A DNA stretch of 64,000 nt from an uncultured bacterium (GTDB lineage Bacteria; B130-G9): NCBI GenBank assembly GCA_965372715.1, contig CBDVDH010000010.1, positions 1 through 64,000 on the forward strand. The letters are read 5' to 3'. Below the pieces are notes generated by a model. That model saw only the letters and a list, made by a program, of their open reading frames with translations, was not told where the DNA came from and ran no database searches. Position numbers and translations under genes: made by a program. Positions 32,300 to 43,400 of this stretch are shown here, one piece after another (the stretch's first letter is position 1; the number at the start of each line of letters is the position of its first letter).

Positions 32300-32557
32300 C
32301 ACCTAAATTCGAGGAGTTTCCCCGTTCGGGAAACGGGCGAAGAGGGAGAGACCACCGGTAGCCAGAAAGGCTCAGTCCTGTCCATATCGAGTGACGGACA
32401 TCTAATCGCAGAGCCTTCTTTCGCACACAGTCGTATATCACTTCGTAAGCGCTCTTAATGCGGCTATGTGGGTCGCAACTTGGCGATCGAAGCTTCAGTT
32501 TTCGTGAAACTCCTGCCGAATTCAAGAATATCCCTCCCCGACTCGTGTTCTGCTCCT

Positions 32558-34633
32558 TCAATGGCAACTCTTCAGGACCTCCTCCTGTACCGAACGAGGC
32601 ACCGCCTGATACCGGTCAAACTGCATTGAATAATTCCCTCGTCCCTTTGTGAAGGACCTCAGCGCCGTCGCGTAGCCAAACATATTTGCCAGCGGGACCT
32701 CCGCCTTCACCGTCCCAACGTTGTTTCCCGACGATATACTCCAGACTTTGCCGCGCCGGGCCTGGAGATTACCCGTAACCTCACCGACCGACTCAGGAGG
32801 TAAGGTTATCTCAAGCTCACAAATCGGCTCGAGCAAAACAGGATTCGCCATACTCACTGCCTTGCGGAACCCATCCCTACCCGCCAACATAAAGGCAATC
32901 TCAGATGAATCCACCGAGTGATACGAGCCGTCAACGAGCGTAACCTTCACATCAGTCACCGGATAGCCCGCGATAATCCCCTCGCAAGAGGCGCTCAACA
33001 CGCCCTTCTCAACGGCCGGAACAAAATGCTTCGGGATGACGCCCCCAACTGTCTTATCCTCAAACTGCACCCCGGCGCCTTGTTTGGCAGGCTCCACCTC
33101 AAGCCAAATGTGGGCATACTGGCCCCTCCCGCCGGTCTGCTTCTGGATCTTGCCCTCAGCCCTCACCTTCTTCGTTATCGTCTCCCGATAGCTCACTCTC
33201 GGCCGACCAATGTTGGCGTCAACCTTATACTCCCGCACCAGCCGGTCGAGGACTATCTCAATGTGCAATTCGCCCATCCCGGATATGATCGTCTCCCCAG
33301 TCTCCGAGTTGTGCGCGATCTTGAACGTCGGGTCCTCCTGCGCAAGAGTTCTCAAGCAGCTTGAGAGCTTCTCCTTGTCGCTAAGCGTCTTCGGCTCAAC
33401 GCTAACTGACACTACCGGCTCCGGGAAGGTTATCTGTTCCAACACTATTGGCGCCTTCTCGTCGCAAATAGTGTCACCGGTCGCGACGTGCTTTGCGCCA
33501 ACTATTGCCGTGATGTCCCCGGCATAGACGTGAGAAACGTCCTCATACTTGTTGGCGTGGATTCTGAGCAGCCTGGAAACGCGCTCGCGACGCTTCTTCG
33601 CCGGATTGAGAACATACGACCCCGCAGAGAGCTTGCCCGAATAGACGCGACAAAACGCCAAGGTTCCCATCTTTGGGTCAGAAATTATTTTGAAGATAAA
33701 CCCAGAGAATGGCTCCGCATCCCTCACCGCGCGAGACATCTCCGCGCCAGTGACCGGATCAAGCCCCTTCGCGGGCGGAACATCAACCGGTGACGGCAAA
33801 TAATCGCAGATCGCGTCCAGAAGAAGCTGAATCCCCTTATTCCTAAACGCCGAACCACAAAGCACAGGCACGATCTTGTTCTCGACCGTGCCGCGCCTAA
33901 GTAGAAGCCGCATCTCCTCCTTCAACGTGGGTGAGCGGCTGTAAAAACTGTCCAAAATCGACTCGTCAACCTCACTTAGCGCCTCAACGAGGCTCTCGCG
34001 CCACTTCGCCACGCTCGGTGTAAGCTCCTCAGGCACTGGTGTACGTTGAACCTCCGCCCCGAAACTCATGTCACTGAAAAAAAGTGCCTCCTGCTCAACG
34101 AGGTCTATTATCCCCGAGAAATCCGTCTCCGCCCCGATAGGAATCGTCACCGGCGCGGCAATGCAGCCAAAAGAGCGCTTAATGTCCTCTATCGCGGTGA
34201 AATAGTCGGCGCCCACCCTGTCCATTTTGTTCACGAAGACCAATCGCGGGACACTGTACTTGTCCGCTTGGCGCCAAACAGTCTCCGACTGAGGCTGAAC
34301 CTTGCCGACCGCGCAGATTATCATGATAACCCCATCCAGAACCCTGAGGCTCCGCTCGACTTCGGCCGTGAAGTCAACGTGTCCAGGGGTGTCGATGACG
34401 TTGATCCTGAAATCCTTCCAGAAACACGTCGTGGTGGCTGAGGTTATCGTGATGCCTCGCTCCTGCTCGAGCTCCATCCAGTCCATCACGGTGTTGCCAG
34501 AATCCACCTCACCCATCCGGTGCGAGGTCCCCGTGTAATAGTGAATCCTCTCGGTTGTGGTCGTCTTGCCCGCATCGATGTGGGCCATCAGACCTATGTT
34601 TCGATTCTTGTGAAGAGGATACTTTCTCGCCAT
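32558..34633 (-). CDS. fusA: Elongation factor G
   Basis: AHIDAGKTTT, ERGITI, DTPGH, NKMD. Confidence 0.96.
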   Translation of the reverse strand: MARKYPLHKNRNIGLMAHIDAGKTTTTERIHYYTGTSHRMGEVDSGNTVMDWMELEQERGITITSATTTCFWKDFRINVIDTPGHVDFTAEVERSLRVLDGVIMIICAVGKVQPQSETVWRQADKYSVPRLVFVNKMDRVGADYFTAIEDIKRSFGCIAAPVTIPIGAETDFSGIIDLVEQEALFFSDMSFGAEVQRTPVPEELTPSVAKWRESLVEALSEVDESILDSFYSRSPTLKEEMRLLLRRGTVENKIVPVLCGSAFRNKGIQLLLDAICDYLPSPVDVPPAKGLDPVTGAEMSRAVRDAEPFSGFIFKIISDPKMGTLAFCRVYSGKLSAGSYVLNPAKKRRERVSRLLRIHANKYEDVSHVYAGDITAIVGAKHVATGDTICDEKAPIVLEQITFPEPVVSVSVEPKTLSDKEKLSSCLRTLAQEDPTFKIAHNSETGETIISGMGELHIEIVLDRLVREYKVDANIGRPRVSYRETITKKVRAEGKIQKQTGGRGQYAHIWLEVEPAKQGAGVQFEDKTVGGVIPKHFVPAVEKGVLSASCEGIIAGYPVTDVKVTLVDGSYHSVDSSEIAFMLAGRDGFRKAVSMANPVLLEPICELEITLPPESVGEVTGNLQARRGKVWSISSGNNVGTVKAEVPLANMFGYATALRSFTKGRGNYSMQFDRYQAVPRSVQEEVLKSCH

Positions 34634-34754
34634 CTTTCCTACTTATGTTGAAATATCATTAGAAAGGTTGCAGTGGGACACGCCCCGAGCCGAGCAACCC
34701 TCTACCATTGAGAAAGGCCAGCCAGAAACTACAAATGTGATACGCCCAATTAAG

Positions 34755-35225
34755 CTACCATCTGTAGTGCACAAAGGCCTTGTTGGCCTCCGCCATCTTC
34801 TGCATGTCTTCCTTACGCTTTACGGCGCCTCCCCTGTTCTGGCTAGCATCCAAAAGCTCTGCCGCCAGTTTCTCTTGCATCGTCTTGCCATCTCTCTTTC
34901 TGGCGAAGCCAATCAACCATCTAACGCAAAGTGCGGTCCGCCGATGAAGCTTCACCTCCACAGGGACCTGATACGTCGCCCCACCGACCCTTCTCGATTT
35001 GACCTCCAGTATCGGCTTGGCGTTCTCCATGGCCTTGTGCAGAACCTCCACTGGGTTGCCATCTGCACGCTTCTTCATGATCGCAAGAGCATCATAGACG
35101 ATCCGCTCGGCAAGACTCTTCTTGCCCCCACGCATCATGCAGTTCACGAACTTGGTCACAAAAACATCGTCATAAACCGGGTCCTTAGCCAGAACCCGCC
35201 GCTGTATCCTTCTTCGTCTTGGCAT
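34755..35225 (-). CDS. rpsG: 30S ribosomal protein S7
   Basis: [20 protein letters not shown]. Confidence 0.98.
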   Translation of the reverse strand: MPRRRRIQRRVLAKDPVYDDVFVTKFVNCMMRGGKKSLAERIVYDALAIMKKRADGNPVEVLHKAMENAKPILEVKSRRVGGATYQVPVEVKLHRRTALCVRWLIGFARKRDGKTMQEKLAAELLDASQNRGGAVKRKEDMQKMAEANKAFVHYRW

Positions 35226-35272
35226 CCTGCTCTCTCTAAAACTGCAGCATCGGGAGCAGCAAAGTGCCCCCT

Positions 35273-35313
35273 TCAGCCGGCGTAGCTCCGCGAGCTACTA
35301 TGGCGAAGTCTGC
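35273..35313. repeat. ~42-bp palindromic repeat (family A), rpsL-rpsG spacer
   Basis: TCAGCCGGCGTAGC-N7-GCTACTATGGCGAAGTCTGC. Confidence 0.85.
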
Positions 35314-35333
35314 TCAGAAAACGAACCTATTCT

Positions 35334-35708
35334 TCAAACCTTCGGTCGCCTAGCTCCATACTTGCTTCTGCTCTTTTTCCTGTTCTCAACACCGGCCGCA
35401 TCAAGCGTGCCTCTCACAACGTGATAACGCACGCCCGGTAGGTCCTTGATCCTGCCTCCTCTTATCAAGACCACCGAGTGCTCCTGCAAGTTATGACCCA
35501 CACCCGGAATGTAGGCGTTTGTCTCCATGCCATTGGTCAAACGCACTCTACAGACCTTTCTCAAAGCAGAATTCGGCTTCTTCGGTGTTGCAACCGTTAC
35601 CCGCAAACACACTCCACGCTTCTGCGAAGCGCCGCCTAAGGCCGGACTACTGCTTCTCTTCTGAACAGGTCTCCTTCCGTGCCTCACTAGCTGATTAATA
35701 GTCGGCAA
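35334..35708 (-). CDS. rpsL: 30S ribosomal protein S12
   Basis: [21 protein letters not shown]. Confidence 0.98.
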   Translation of the reverse strand: MPTINQLVRHGRRPVQKRSSSPALGGASQKRGVCLRVTVATPKKPNSALRKVCRVRLTNGMETNAYIPGVGHNLQEHSVVLIRGGRIKDLPGVRYHVVRGTLDAAGVENRKKSRSKYGARRPKV

Positions 35709-35742
35709 TATACCCCTCCGTAAATGAATACATCAATGCTCT

Positions 35743-38700
35743 TTAGTCTCCGAAAAGGCCACCGGCCTCCGCGGGTGCCCTGCGCTCCTCCTCCATCTTG
35801 GCGAGCTCCGCCATTTCAATGCTCAACTTAGGCTCAACATTGTGAACCTTCGCCCCAGTGCCAGCAGGAATCAGACGACCCACTATCACATTCTCCTTGG
35901 GACCGTGCAGATAGTCAACCGCCCCAGCAACGCTCGCCCCGGCCAGCACGCGCGTCGTATCCTGAAACGACGCCGCGGACACAAAACTGTCAGTGCTAAG
36001 CGAGGATTTCGTTATGCCCAAGAGCAACGGCTTGCTCTTCGCCGGCGAGGCCGGATGTCCAACCGCAAGCCGCGCGTTTCGCTCCAAAAGTATCTTGTTC
36101 TCCGCCTCAAGCTCTTCGGGCGTGACGAGCAGGTGGTACTTGAATCTGCTGTCGCCCACCCTGATTATCTTCAGATACTTCTGAATGCGCTGATTCTCTT
36201 CCAGCTTCGCGAAATTATCTACGTGCTGCTCGGGCAAGAATGTCGTGTCGCCAGGATCGATTATAACCGACCGGCGGAGCATCTGACGAATAATGAGCGC
36301 GATGTGCTTATCGTTGATGTTAATGCCCTGTAGCCGATAAACCTCCTGAATCTCATTGACCAAGAACTTCTGAAGCTCCTCCTCGCCCAACGCCTCCAGA
36401 ATATCCTGCGGGTCCGGCGAACCCTCCATCAGTGGCTCACCCGCCTCGACCACATCCCCGTCCAGAACTGTTACGTGCTTCCCCCTCGGAATGTAATACT
36501 TCTCTTCCTCCCGCTCGCACTCCGGAACCTTCTTGCCCTTGGCCTCAAGCTCCTCACAAATCGCTGTGAAAGTATCATCCTCGATATAAGAGCCTGGCGC
36601 GAGCTCAGAGTCACCAGCGTCAACGACCTTCACCAAATGAGATTGGACCAACACCTCGAAGAACCGTCTTGTGGTCTTACCATACCTGATCCGGCCCTTG
36701 TTCTTGGCAATGACTGCCCTTTCTTTCGGCTTTCTCGCCTGGAAAAGCTCAACAACCCTTGGAAGACCGCCCGTAATGTCCTTCGTCTTGCTCAGCTCCT
36801 TGTAGAGCTTCGCAACCGCATCCCCTGGCTCCACCTTGTCGCCGTCCTCCACAATAAGGTGAGCGCCAACCGGCAGCTGATAATCTGCGACGACGTCGCC
36901 CGCCTCATCGCGTATCAGAACGCGAGGCGAAAGGATCTTTTCCTCCTTCCTCGGCCCCGCTTTATCAGAGGCCGCCTTCTTGGCCACCTCCATTACTTCC
37001 TCGCTGATTATGGCGCGTATCGGCGTGCCGCTTATCGCGTGGAACTCCTCGCTTATCGTGACGCCAGGAATTATGTCAGCAAGCTCGATGACGCCTTCGA
37101 ACTCCGTCATAATAACCTTCGCATAAGGGTCCCATTCGATAACCTCGTCACCTTTGTTAACTTTGCCGCCGTCCTCGACCTTGATGTTCGCGCCGTGGTT
37201 GACGAAGTGCTTTGCCAGCATTCGCTCCTTCTTGTCCACAATCGAAACATGGCCGCCCCTTGAGGACGTTACGACCCACTCCCCGTGCTTATTCCTGATC
37301 GTTGTTAACTTCTCGTCATATCGAAGCGTCCCTGATTCTCTGGCGGCGATCACATGTTCCTCGACCGTCGTGCTCGCAGTGCCACCGATGTGGAATGTGC
37401 GGAGCGTAAGCTGTGTCCCAGGTTCGCCAATCGATTGGGCGGCGATAACTCCTACGGCCTCTCCGATCTCAACCATCCTGTGTCGAGCAAGATTCCGGCC
37501 GTAGCAGTTGACGCATACGCCGCTTTTAGACTCGCAGGTCAAAACTGAGCGGATTGCGACCTGGCGGATGCCGGCCCGCTCTATCTCTCGAGCCTTGACC
37601 TCGTCTATCTCCTCGTTGTACCGGACAATGGTCCTGCCGTCGGGAGCAAGCACATCCTCCAGAGCCACACGCCCAAGTATCCTGTCTCGCAGAGGTGCGA
37701 TCTCAGTCATACCCTCGTAAAGGGCCGTCATCGTCAAGCCCCCAATCGTCCCGCAATCCTCTTGCGTTATGATCACCTCCTGGGCAACGTCAACCAGTAT
37801 TCGCGTTAGATACCCCGCGTTAGAGGTCTTCAGGGCGGTGTCTGCCAGGCCCTTTCTGCCCCCGTGAGTCGAAATGAAATACTCCAGAACACTAAGACCC
37901 TCACGGAAGTTGGCGTTAATCGGCGCCTCGATAATCTCCCCGGATGTCCTGCTCATAAGACCTCTCATGCCCGCGAGCTGAAGTATCTGCTCGGTGCTGC
38001 CCCTGGCCCCAGAAAACATCATCATGTAGACCGGATTAAATCCCTGAGAGTGCCGAAAATCCAGGCGCCCGCCCTCGACTTCTGAAGCCGACAGCGTCGA
38101 GATGACGCTCTTTGCCACGAGATTCTTAGCCGTCGTCCAGATATCAACCGTCTTGTTATGCCTCTCTCCGTCTGTAATTCGACCGCTCCCGAAATCCGAA
38201 ATGACCTTGCCAACCTTCTCGTCCGCATCGGCAACAATCTCATACTTCTGTCTGGGAATCGCGATGTCGTCAATCGAGATCGAGGCGCCGGAGAGTGTGC
38301 TATACTTGAAACCCAGGTCCTTTAGGCTGTTGAGAACCTTCACGGTCTCTGCCCGTCCATATAACGTGAATATCTCGGAAATGTGTTCGGCAAGGGCTCG
38401 CTCGCTCATGACGTCATTGACAAACGTATAACCCTCCGGCATCGTGTCGTTGAGCATAACCCGGCCAGGCGTCGTTGTGAGCACATTGCGATACTTGAAC
38501 GTATTGGTCCCTCCGCAGTTGGGACATCTGTTGATTCTCTTCTCCTTTTGACGCACAAAGCCGCACTTGCCACATAGCCAGACAACCGCTGGCGTGAACT
38601 TCTCGCCCCAACAAGCAGGACACTTGCGCGGCATCCCTCTGGCCTGAATGAGGTTCCCACACCCCCTGCACTTGAAAACGGGTATCCTTACCCTGACGGC

Positions 38701-40476
38701 ATCCAGAAGAGGGACTCCTTCAAGCGAGTGAACCGTCATAACCTCATCAACATCGCTGAATACATTGCCCTGGGGGCTCTTGTTGCGCATCATCGTGAGA
38801 TAAAAGCACCCAAGCACCATATCCCTTGATGGGACCGCGAGCGGTCTGCCGTTGGCCGGAGAGAGAATATTGCCGCTCGCCAACATCAACGATAACGATT
38901 CCGCTTGTGCCCGCATTGTAAGCGGCACATGAACAGCCATCTGATCGCCATCAAAATCAGCGTTAAACGCCCTGCAAACAAGAGCTGGTATCTCAATAGC
39001 TTTGCCCTCGATCAACACCGGCTTGAAGGACTGAACGCCCAATCTATGCAGAGTTGGCGCTCGGTTCAGTATGACGGTGTGCTTCTCGACAACATCGTTG
39101 AGAATCCGCCACACCTCAATGTTCTCAGAATCGACCATCTTCCGGGCGCTCTTGATCGTCGCAGCAAGCCCCTCGGCCTGAAGACGCTGATATATGAACG
39201 GCTTAAACAGCTCGAGCGCCATCCGCTTCGGGAGACCGCATTGATGGATGTTCAAATGCGGGCCAATCACGATAACCGAACGACCTGAGTAGTCAACTCG
39301 TTTGCCGAGGAGATTCTGCCTGAATCGCCCTTGTTTGCCCCTAAGCATATCAGTCAACGACCGAACCGGACGATTATGAGGCGCAACGACCGGTCTTTGC
39401 CGACGCGTGTTGTCCAACAGGGCATCGACCGCCTCCTGCAACATCCGCTTCTCGTTGCGAACTATCACCTCAGGGGCCTTCAGAGCCAGCAGCTTTTTCA
39501 GCCGATTGTTGCGATTAAGCACTCTCCTATAAAGGTCGTTTAGATCAGACGTTGCAAAGCGGCCGCCATCAAGCGGGACGAGCGGTCTTAGGTCCGGCGG
39601 CAACACCGGGATGACCGTAAGAATCAACCATTCAGGCCTGTTTGCTGGCCGGCCCGCTGTCCCAGAGTGGCGGAAGTCCTCGGCTATCTTCAGCCGCTTG
39701 ACCGCCTTTTTGGAGGTCTGAACGGCTATCCTCACCGCCTTGCCTTCCGGCGGCGAAGCGCCTTCCTCCATGAGTCGCTCTGAGACCTCCTCGAATATGA
39801 GCTTATCGACAACCTGGCCGACCTCGAAGTCGCTATCCTTCGGATGCTTGATCTTCACCCTCGGCCGAAGCGAGCTGCGCAACTGTTCGGCAAGCGCATC
39901 GAGGTCGAGAAGCTCCAGAAGCTCGCGAATCGCCTCAGCACCCATTTGAACCCGAAGTCCCGGCGAGTCCTTCAAACGCCGATACTCATCCTCCGAGACG
40001 AGTTTGCCCCTTTCAACTCCGGACTCGCCCGGCTCAATCACAACATAGGACTCGTAGTAGATCACCCGCTCTAGCTGCTTGATCGTTAGGTCCAGAAGGT
40101 AGCCAATCCGCGACGGAGGCGCTTTGAAGAACCATATATGAGCTACAGGACACGCCAACTCAATGTGACCGAGCCGCTCTCGACGAACGATCGAACGGAT
40201 GACCTCAACGTGGCATTTCTCGCAGACAATCCCACGGTGTTTCATCCGCTTATACTTGCCGCAGTTACATTCCCAGTCCTTGACAGGGCCGAAGATTTTG
40301 GCACAGAAGAGCCCGTCTCGTTCAGGCTTGAACGTCCGATAATTGATGGTCTCCGGCTTTTTGACCTCACCATAGGACCACTCTCGAATCCTCTCCGGAG
40401 AAGCCAAACCTATCCGGATCGCGTCAAATATCCTCTGCTCTTTGGGCCTGTCAAAAAGGTCTATTGTTCCCTTCAA
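35743..40476 (-). CDS. rpoC: RNA polymerase beta' subunit with several lineage-specific insertions
   Basis: [24 protein letters not shown]. Confidence 0.98.
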   Translation of the reverse strand: MKGTIDLFDRPKEQRIFDAIRIGLASPERIREWSYGEVKKPETINYRTFKPERDGLFCAKIFGPVKDWECNCGKYKRMKHRGIVCEKCHVEVIRSIVRRERLGHIELACPVAHIWFFKAPPSRIGYLLDLTIKQLERVIYYESYVVIEPGESGVERGKLVSEDEYRRLKDSPGLRVQMGAEAIRELLELLDLDALAEQLRSSLRPRVKIKHPKDSDFEVGQVVDKLIFEEVSERLMEEGASPPEGKAVRIAVQTSKKAVKRLKIAEDFRHSGTAGRPANRPEWLILTVIPVLPPDLRPLVPLDGGRFATSDLNDLYRRVLNRNNRLKKLLALKAPEVIVRNEKRMLQEAVDALLDNTRRQRPVVAPHNRPVRSLTDMLRGKQGRFRQNLLGKRVDYSGRSVIVIGPHLNIHQCGLPKRMALELFKPFIYQRLQAEGLAATIKSARKMVDSENIEVWRILNDVVEKHTVILNRAPTLHRLGVQSFKPVLIEGKAIEIPALVCRAFNADFDGDQMAVHVPLTMRAQAESLSLMLASGNILSPANGRPLAVPSRDMVLGCFYLTMMRNKSPQGNVFSDVDEVMTVHSLEGVPLLDAVRVRIPVFKCRGCGNLIQARGMPRKCPACWGEKFTPAVVWLCGKCGFVRQKEKRINRCPNCGGTNTFKYRNVLTTTPGRVMLNDTMPEGYTFVNDVMSERALAEHISEIFTLYGRAETVKVLNSLKDLGFKYSTLSGASISIDDIAIPRQKYEIVADADEKVGKVISDFGSGRITDGERHNKTVDIWTTAKNLVAKSVISTLSASEVEGGRLDFRHSQGFNPVYMMMFSGARGSTEQILQLAGMRGLMSRTSGEIIEAPINANFREGLSVLEYFISTHGGRKGLADTALKTSNAGYLTRILVDVAQEVIITQEDCGTIGGLTMTALYEGMTEIAPLRDRILGRVALEDVLAPDGRTIVRYNEEIDEVKAREIERAGIRQVAIRSVLTCESKSGVCVNCYGRNLARHRMVEIGEAVGVIAAQSIGEPGTQLTLRTFHIGGTASTTVEEHVIAARESGTLRYDEKLTTIRNKHGEWVVTSSRGGHVSIVDKKERMLAKHFVNHGANIKVEDGGKVNKGDEVIEWDPYAKVIMTEFEGVIELADIIPGVTISEEFHAISGTPIRAIISEEVMEVAKKAASDKAGPRKEEKILSPRVLIRDEAGDVVADYQLPVGAHLIVEDGDKVEPGDAVAKLYKELSKTKDITGGLPRVVELFQARKPKERAVIAKNKGRIRYGKTTRRFFEVLVQSHLVKVVDAGDSELAPGSYIEDDTFTAICEELEAKGKKVPECEREEEKYYIPRGKHVTVLDGDVVEAGEPLMEGSPDPQDILEALGEEELQKFLVNEIQEVYRLQGININDKHIALIIRQMLRRSVIIDPGDTTFLPEQHVDNFAKLEENQRIQKYLKIIRVGDSRFKYHLLVTPEELEAENKILLERNARLAVGHPASPAKSKPLLLGITKSSLSTDSFVSAASFQDTTRVLAGASVAGAVDYLHGPKENVIVGRLIPAGTGAKVHNVEPKLSIEMAELAKMEEERRAPAEAGGLFGD

Positions 40477-40490
40477 GGTCTAACCTCCGG

Positions 40491-43400
40491 TCACCTTGTT
40501 ATCTTGATTCTGTCCTCAACCGACTCAAGTCCGAGAGAGGCGCGCGAAAACCGAGGGCGCTTACGCGTCTCCAACAGCTCAACATCGAGACCCAGGCTCT
40601 GAAGCTCCTTGATCAAAACGTTGAACGATTCCGGGGTCCCGGACCTCGCAAGGTCTTGCCCCTTCACGATCGCCTCGTAGATTTTGTTGCGGCCCTCTAC
40701 ATCGTCGCTTTTGACCGTCAAGAACTCCTGAAGCGCGCTCGCTGCGCCGTACGCCTCAAGGGCCCACACCTCCATCTCGCCAAGCCTCTGCCCGCCGGAC
40801 TGGGCTTTGCCTCCAAGCGGCTGCTGGGTTACCAAGGAATACGGGCCGGTCGACCGGGAGTGCATCTTGTCATCGACCAAATGATCGAGCTTCATCATGT
40901 AGATGTAGCCAACCGTGACCTTCTGGTCGAACGGCTCACCAGTCTCGCCATCGTAGAGCATCACCTTGCCGGTCACAGGCAGATCTGCAAGCGACAACAT
41001 ACGCTCTATTTCTTTTTCGGTCGCGCCCGAGAAAACGGGACACGCAACCGGCAGGCCATGCTTCGCGATAACGGCCGCAAAATCCCTTAATTCGCTGTCC
41101 GAGTATCGCCTTAGCTCGGCCTCCTTATCCTCGTCCCCCCTGTAGAGCTCGAGAATGAACTTGCTAAGCGCCTTGTCTGAACAACCGTCGTTCAACAGCG
41201 CGGCCATTTTCTCACCAATGACCTTCGACGCCCAGCCGAGGTGTGTCTCCAAGAGCTGGCCCACATTCATTCTCGAAGGAACGCCAAGCGGGCTTAATAC
41301 AATATCCACAGGAGTTCCGTCCTCAAGATAGGGCATGCTCTCTACGGGAAGAACCTTGGCAACAACGCCCTTGTTGCCGTGGCGCCCGGCCATCTTGTCG
41401 CCAACGCTCAAGTTGCGCTTTATCGCCAGATATACCTTCACCATCTGAATAACGCCGGGCCGGAGCTCGTCCCCGCCCCGTATCCGGTCTCGCTGCTCCC
41501 TATACCGCGTCTCAATCAAATCTACCTGGTCGTTGCAAAGTTTCTCCGCTCGCCTCAAGCTCTCACCGAGCTCGCCCTCCTCCTTCTGGGCAATCTCATG
41601 AAGCATGAAGTAGTTAAGCTTCCCGAGCCTGGAGCGAGTTATCTTCTTGCCTTTTTTGCAGATGACCTTCTGGGTCCCGGGAACAGTGTAACCATTCCCG
41701 AGAACCGCCCCGGACAGAATGCGACGCATGATCCTGTCCCGCCCCAAAGTGATGATCCGTCGCTCCTCCTCCTCGCGGCGCTGAACTTGAGCGAGAGTGG
41801 TCTGGACAACTTTGTGCTTCCCAAGCTGCTCCTCTGCCGAGCGCCTGGCAAAGACCCTCACGTCGATAACTGTCCCGTGCACGCCGGGAGGAACGAATAA
41901 CGAGGCGTTCTTAACCTCTCTCGCCTTGTCCCCGAACAGAGCCTTCAGGAGTTTCTCTTCTGGCGAAAGCTGCGTCTCGGCCTTTGGCGTAACCTTCCCA
42001 ACCAGAATATCCCCTGGACCAACCTTCGAGCCAACCCTCGCGATACCACTGCTGTCAAGGTGCCGCAGGGCCTCCGGCCGCACATTTGGGATGTCAGGCG
42101 TGATCTCGTCAGGGCCGAGTTTGTTGTCACGCGCCTCCGTCAAGAACTCCTCAATGTGAATTGAGGTGAACAGGTCCTCGCGGACCATCCGCTCCGAAAC
42201 CAGAATGGCATCTTCGTAGTTGTAGCCATGCCAGGGCATAAAAGCCACGAGAATATCACGACCGAGGGCAAGCTCGCCGCCGCTAATACCGTAACCGTCC
42301 GTTATCAGCTCGCCAGCCCTAACTCTCTGGCCTACACGAACTGACGGGCGCTCATTTATGCAAGTATTCTGATTCGATTTTAGGAACTTCTTAAGATAAT
42401 AGATGTCGAATTTGCCCTCGGAGACCCGGTTGCCTTCCTCATCAAAGACCTTCTCCCCGTCCGCCTCAATGACAACCCGACTCGCCGTTACGCTCACGAC
42501 CAAGCCATCTCTCTTTGACCTCTGAACAACCCCCGAGTCCCTCGCAGCGATCTTCTCCATACCCGTACCAACCAGAGGTGGGGAAGGCTTCATCAAAGGG
42601 ACCGCCTGCCGCTGCATGTTGGAACCCATAAGCGCACGGTTGGCATCGTCGTGCTCCAAGAACGGGATCAAAGCAGCCGACATGCTGACTATCTGGCTTG
42701 GAGAGGCGTCCAGATACCCTATCTTCGATGATGAGTCGGTGTGGAAGTTGCCCCTGAACCTGGCGGTCACTCTGTCCGAGGCGAGGTGCCCCTCATCTGT
42801 CAACGGCTCACTGGCCTGGGCTATGTGATGCTTATCCTCCTCGTGAGCGTCGATGTATGTAATCACGTCGGTTACTCGCCCATTCTTATCGATCTCGCGA
42901 TATGGCGTCTCGATGAACCCTCGCTCGTTGATCTGGGCATAAACTGTCAAGGACGCCAAAAGGCCTATGTTCGGCCCCTCAGGAGTCTCTATCGGACATA
43001 TACGGCCGTAATGGGTCGGATGAACGTCCCGAACCTCGAACGTGGCCCGCTCCCTAGTGAGGCCGCCGGGTCCCAATGCGCTCAACCGACGCTTGTGCGT
43101 TAGCTCCCCCAGAGGGTTGGTCTGCTCCAAGAACTGCGATAATTGGCTGCCCCCAAAAAACTCCCTGATCACGCCGCTCACAACCTTCGAGTTCACCAAC
43201 TCCTGGGGCGTGAGCTCCTCGACATCCTGAGAGTTGATCTTCTCACGTATAAGTCGCTCAAGCCGCATCAGACCCAACCTGAACTGATTCTCCAATAGCT
43301 CCCCCACTCTCCGAATCCGTCTGTTGCCCAGGTGATCGATATCGTCAACCTCACCCTCACCCGCCTTCAACTTGAGCAAATACCCAATCGTGTCGATGAC

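Noticed and set aside
32196-32567. 123-aa ORF spanning the fusA-rpsJ spacer
   Set aside because: No recognisable motifs, and it overlaps the S10 promoter; likely spurious.
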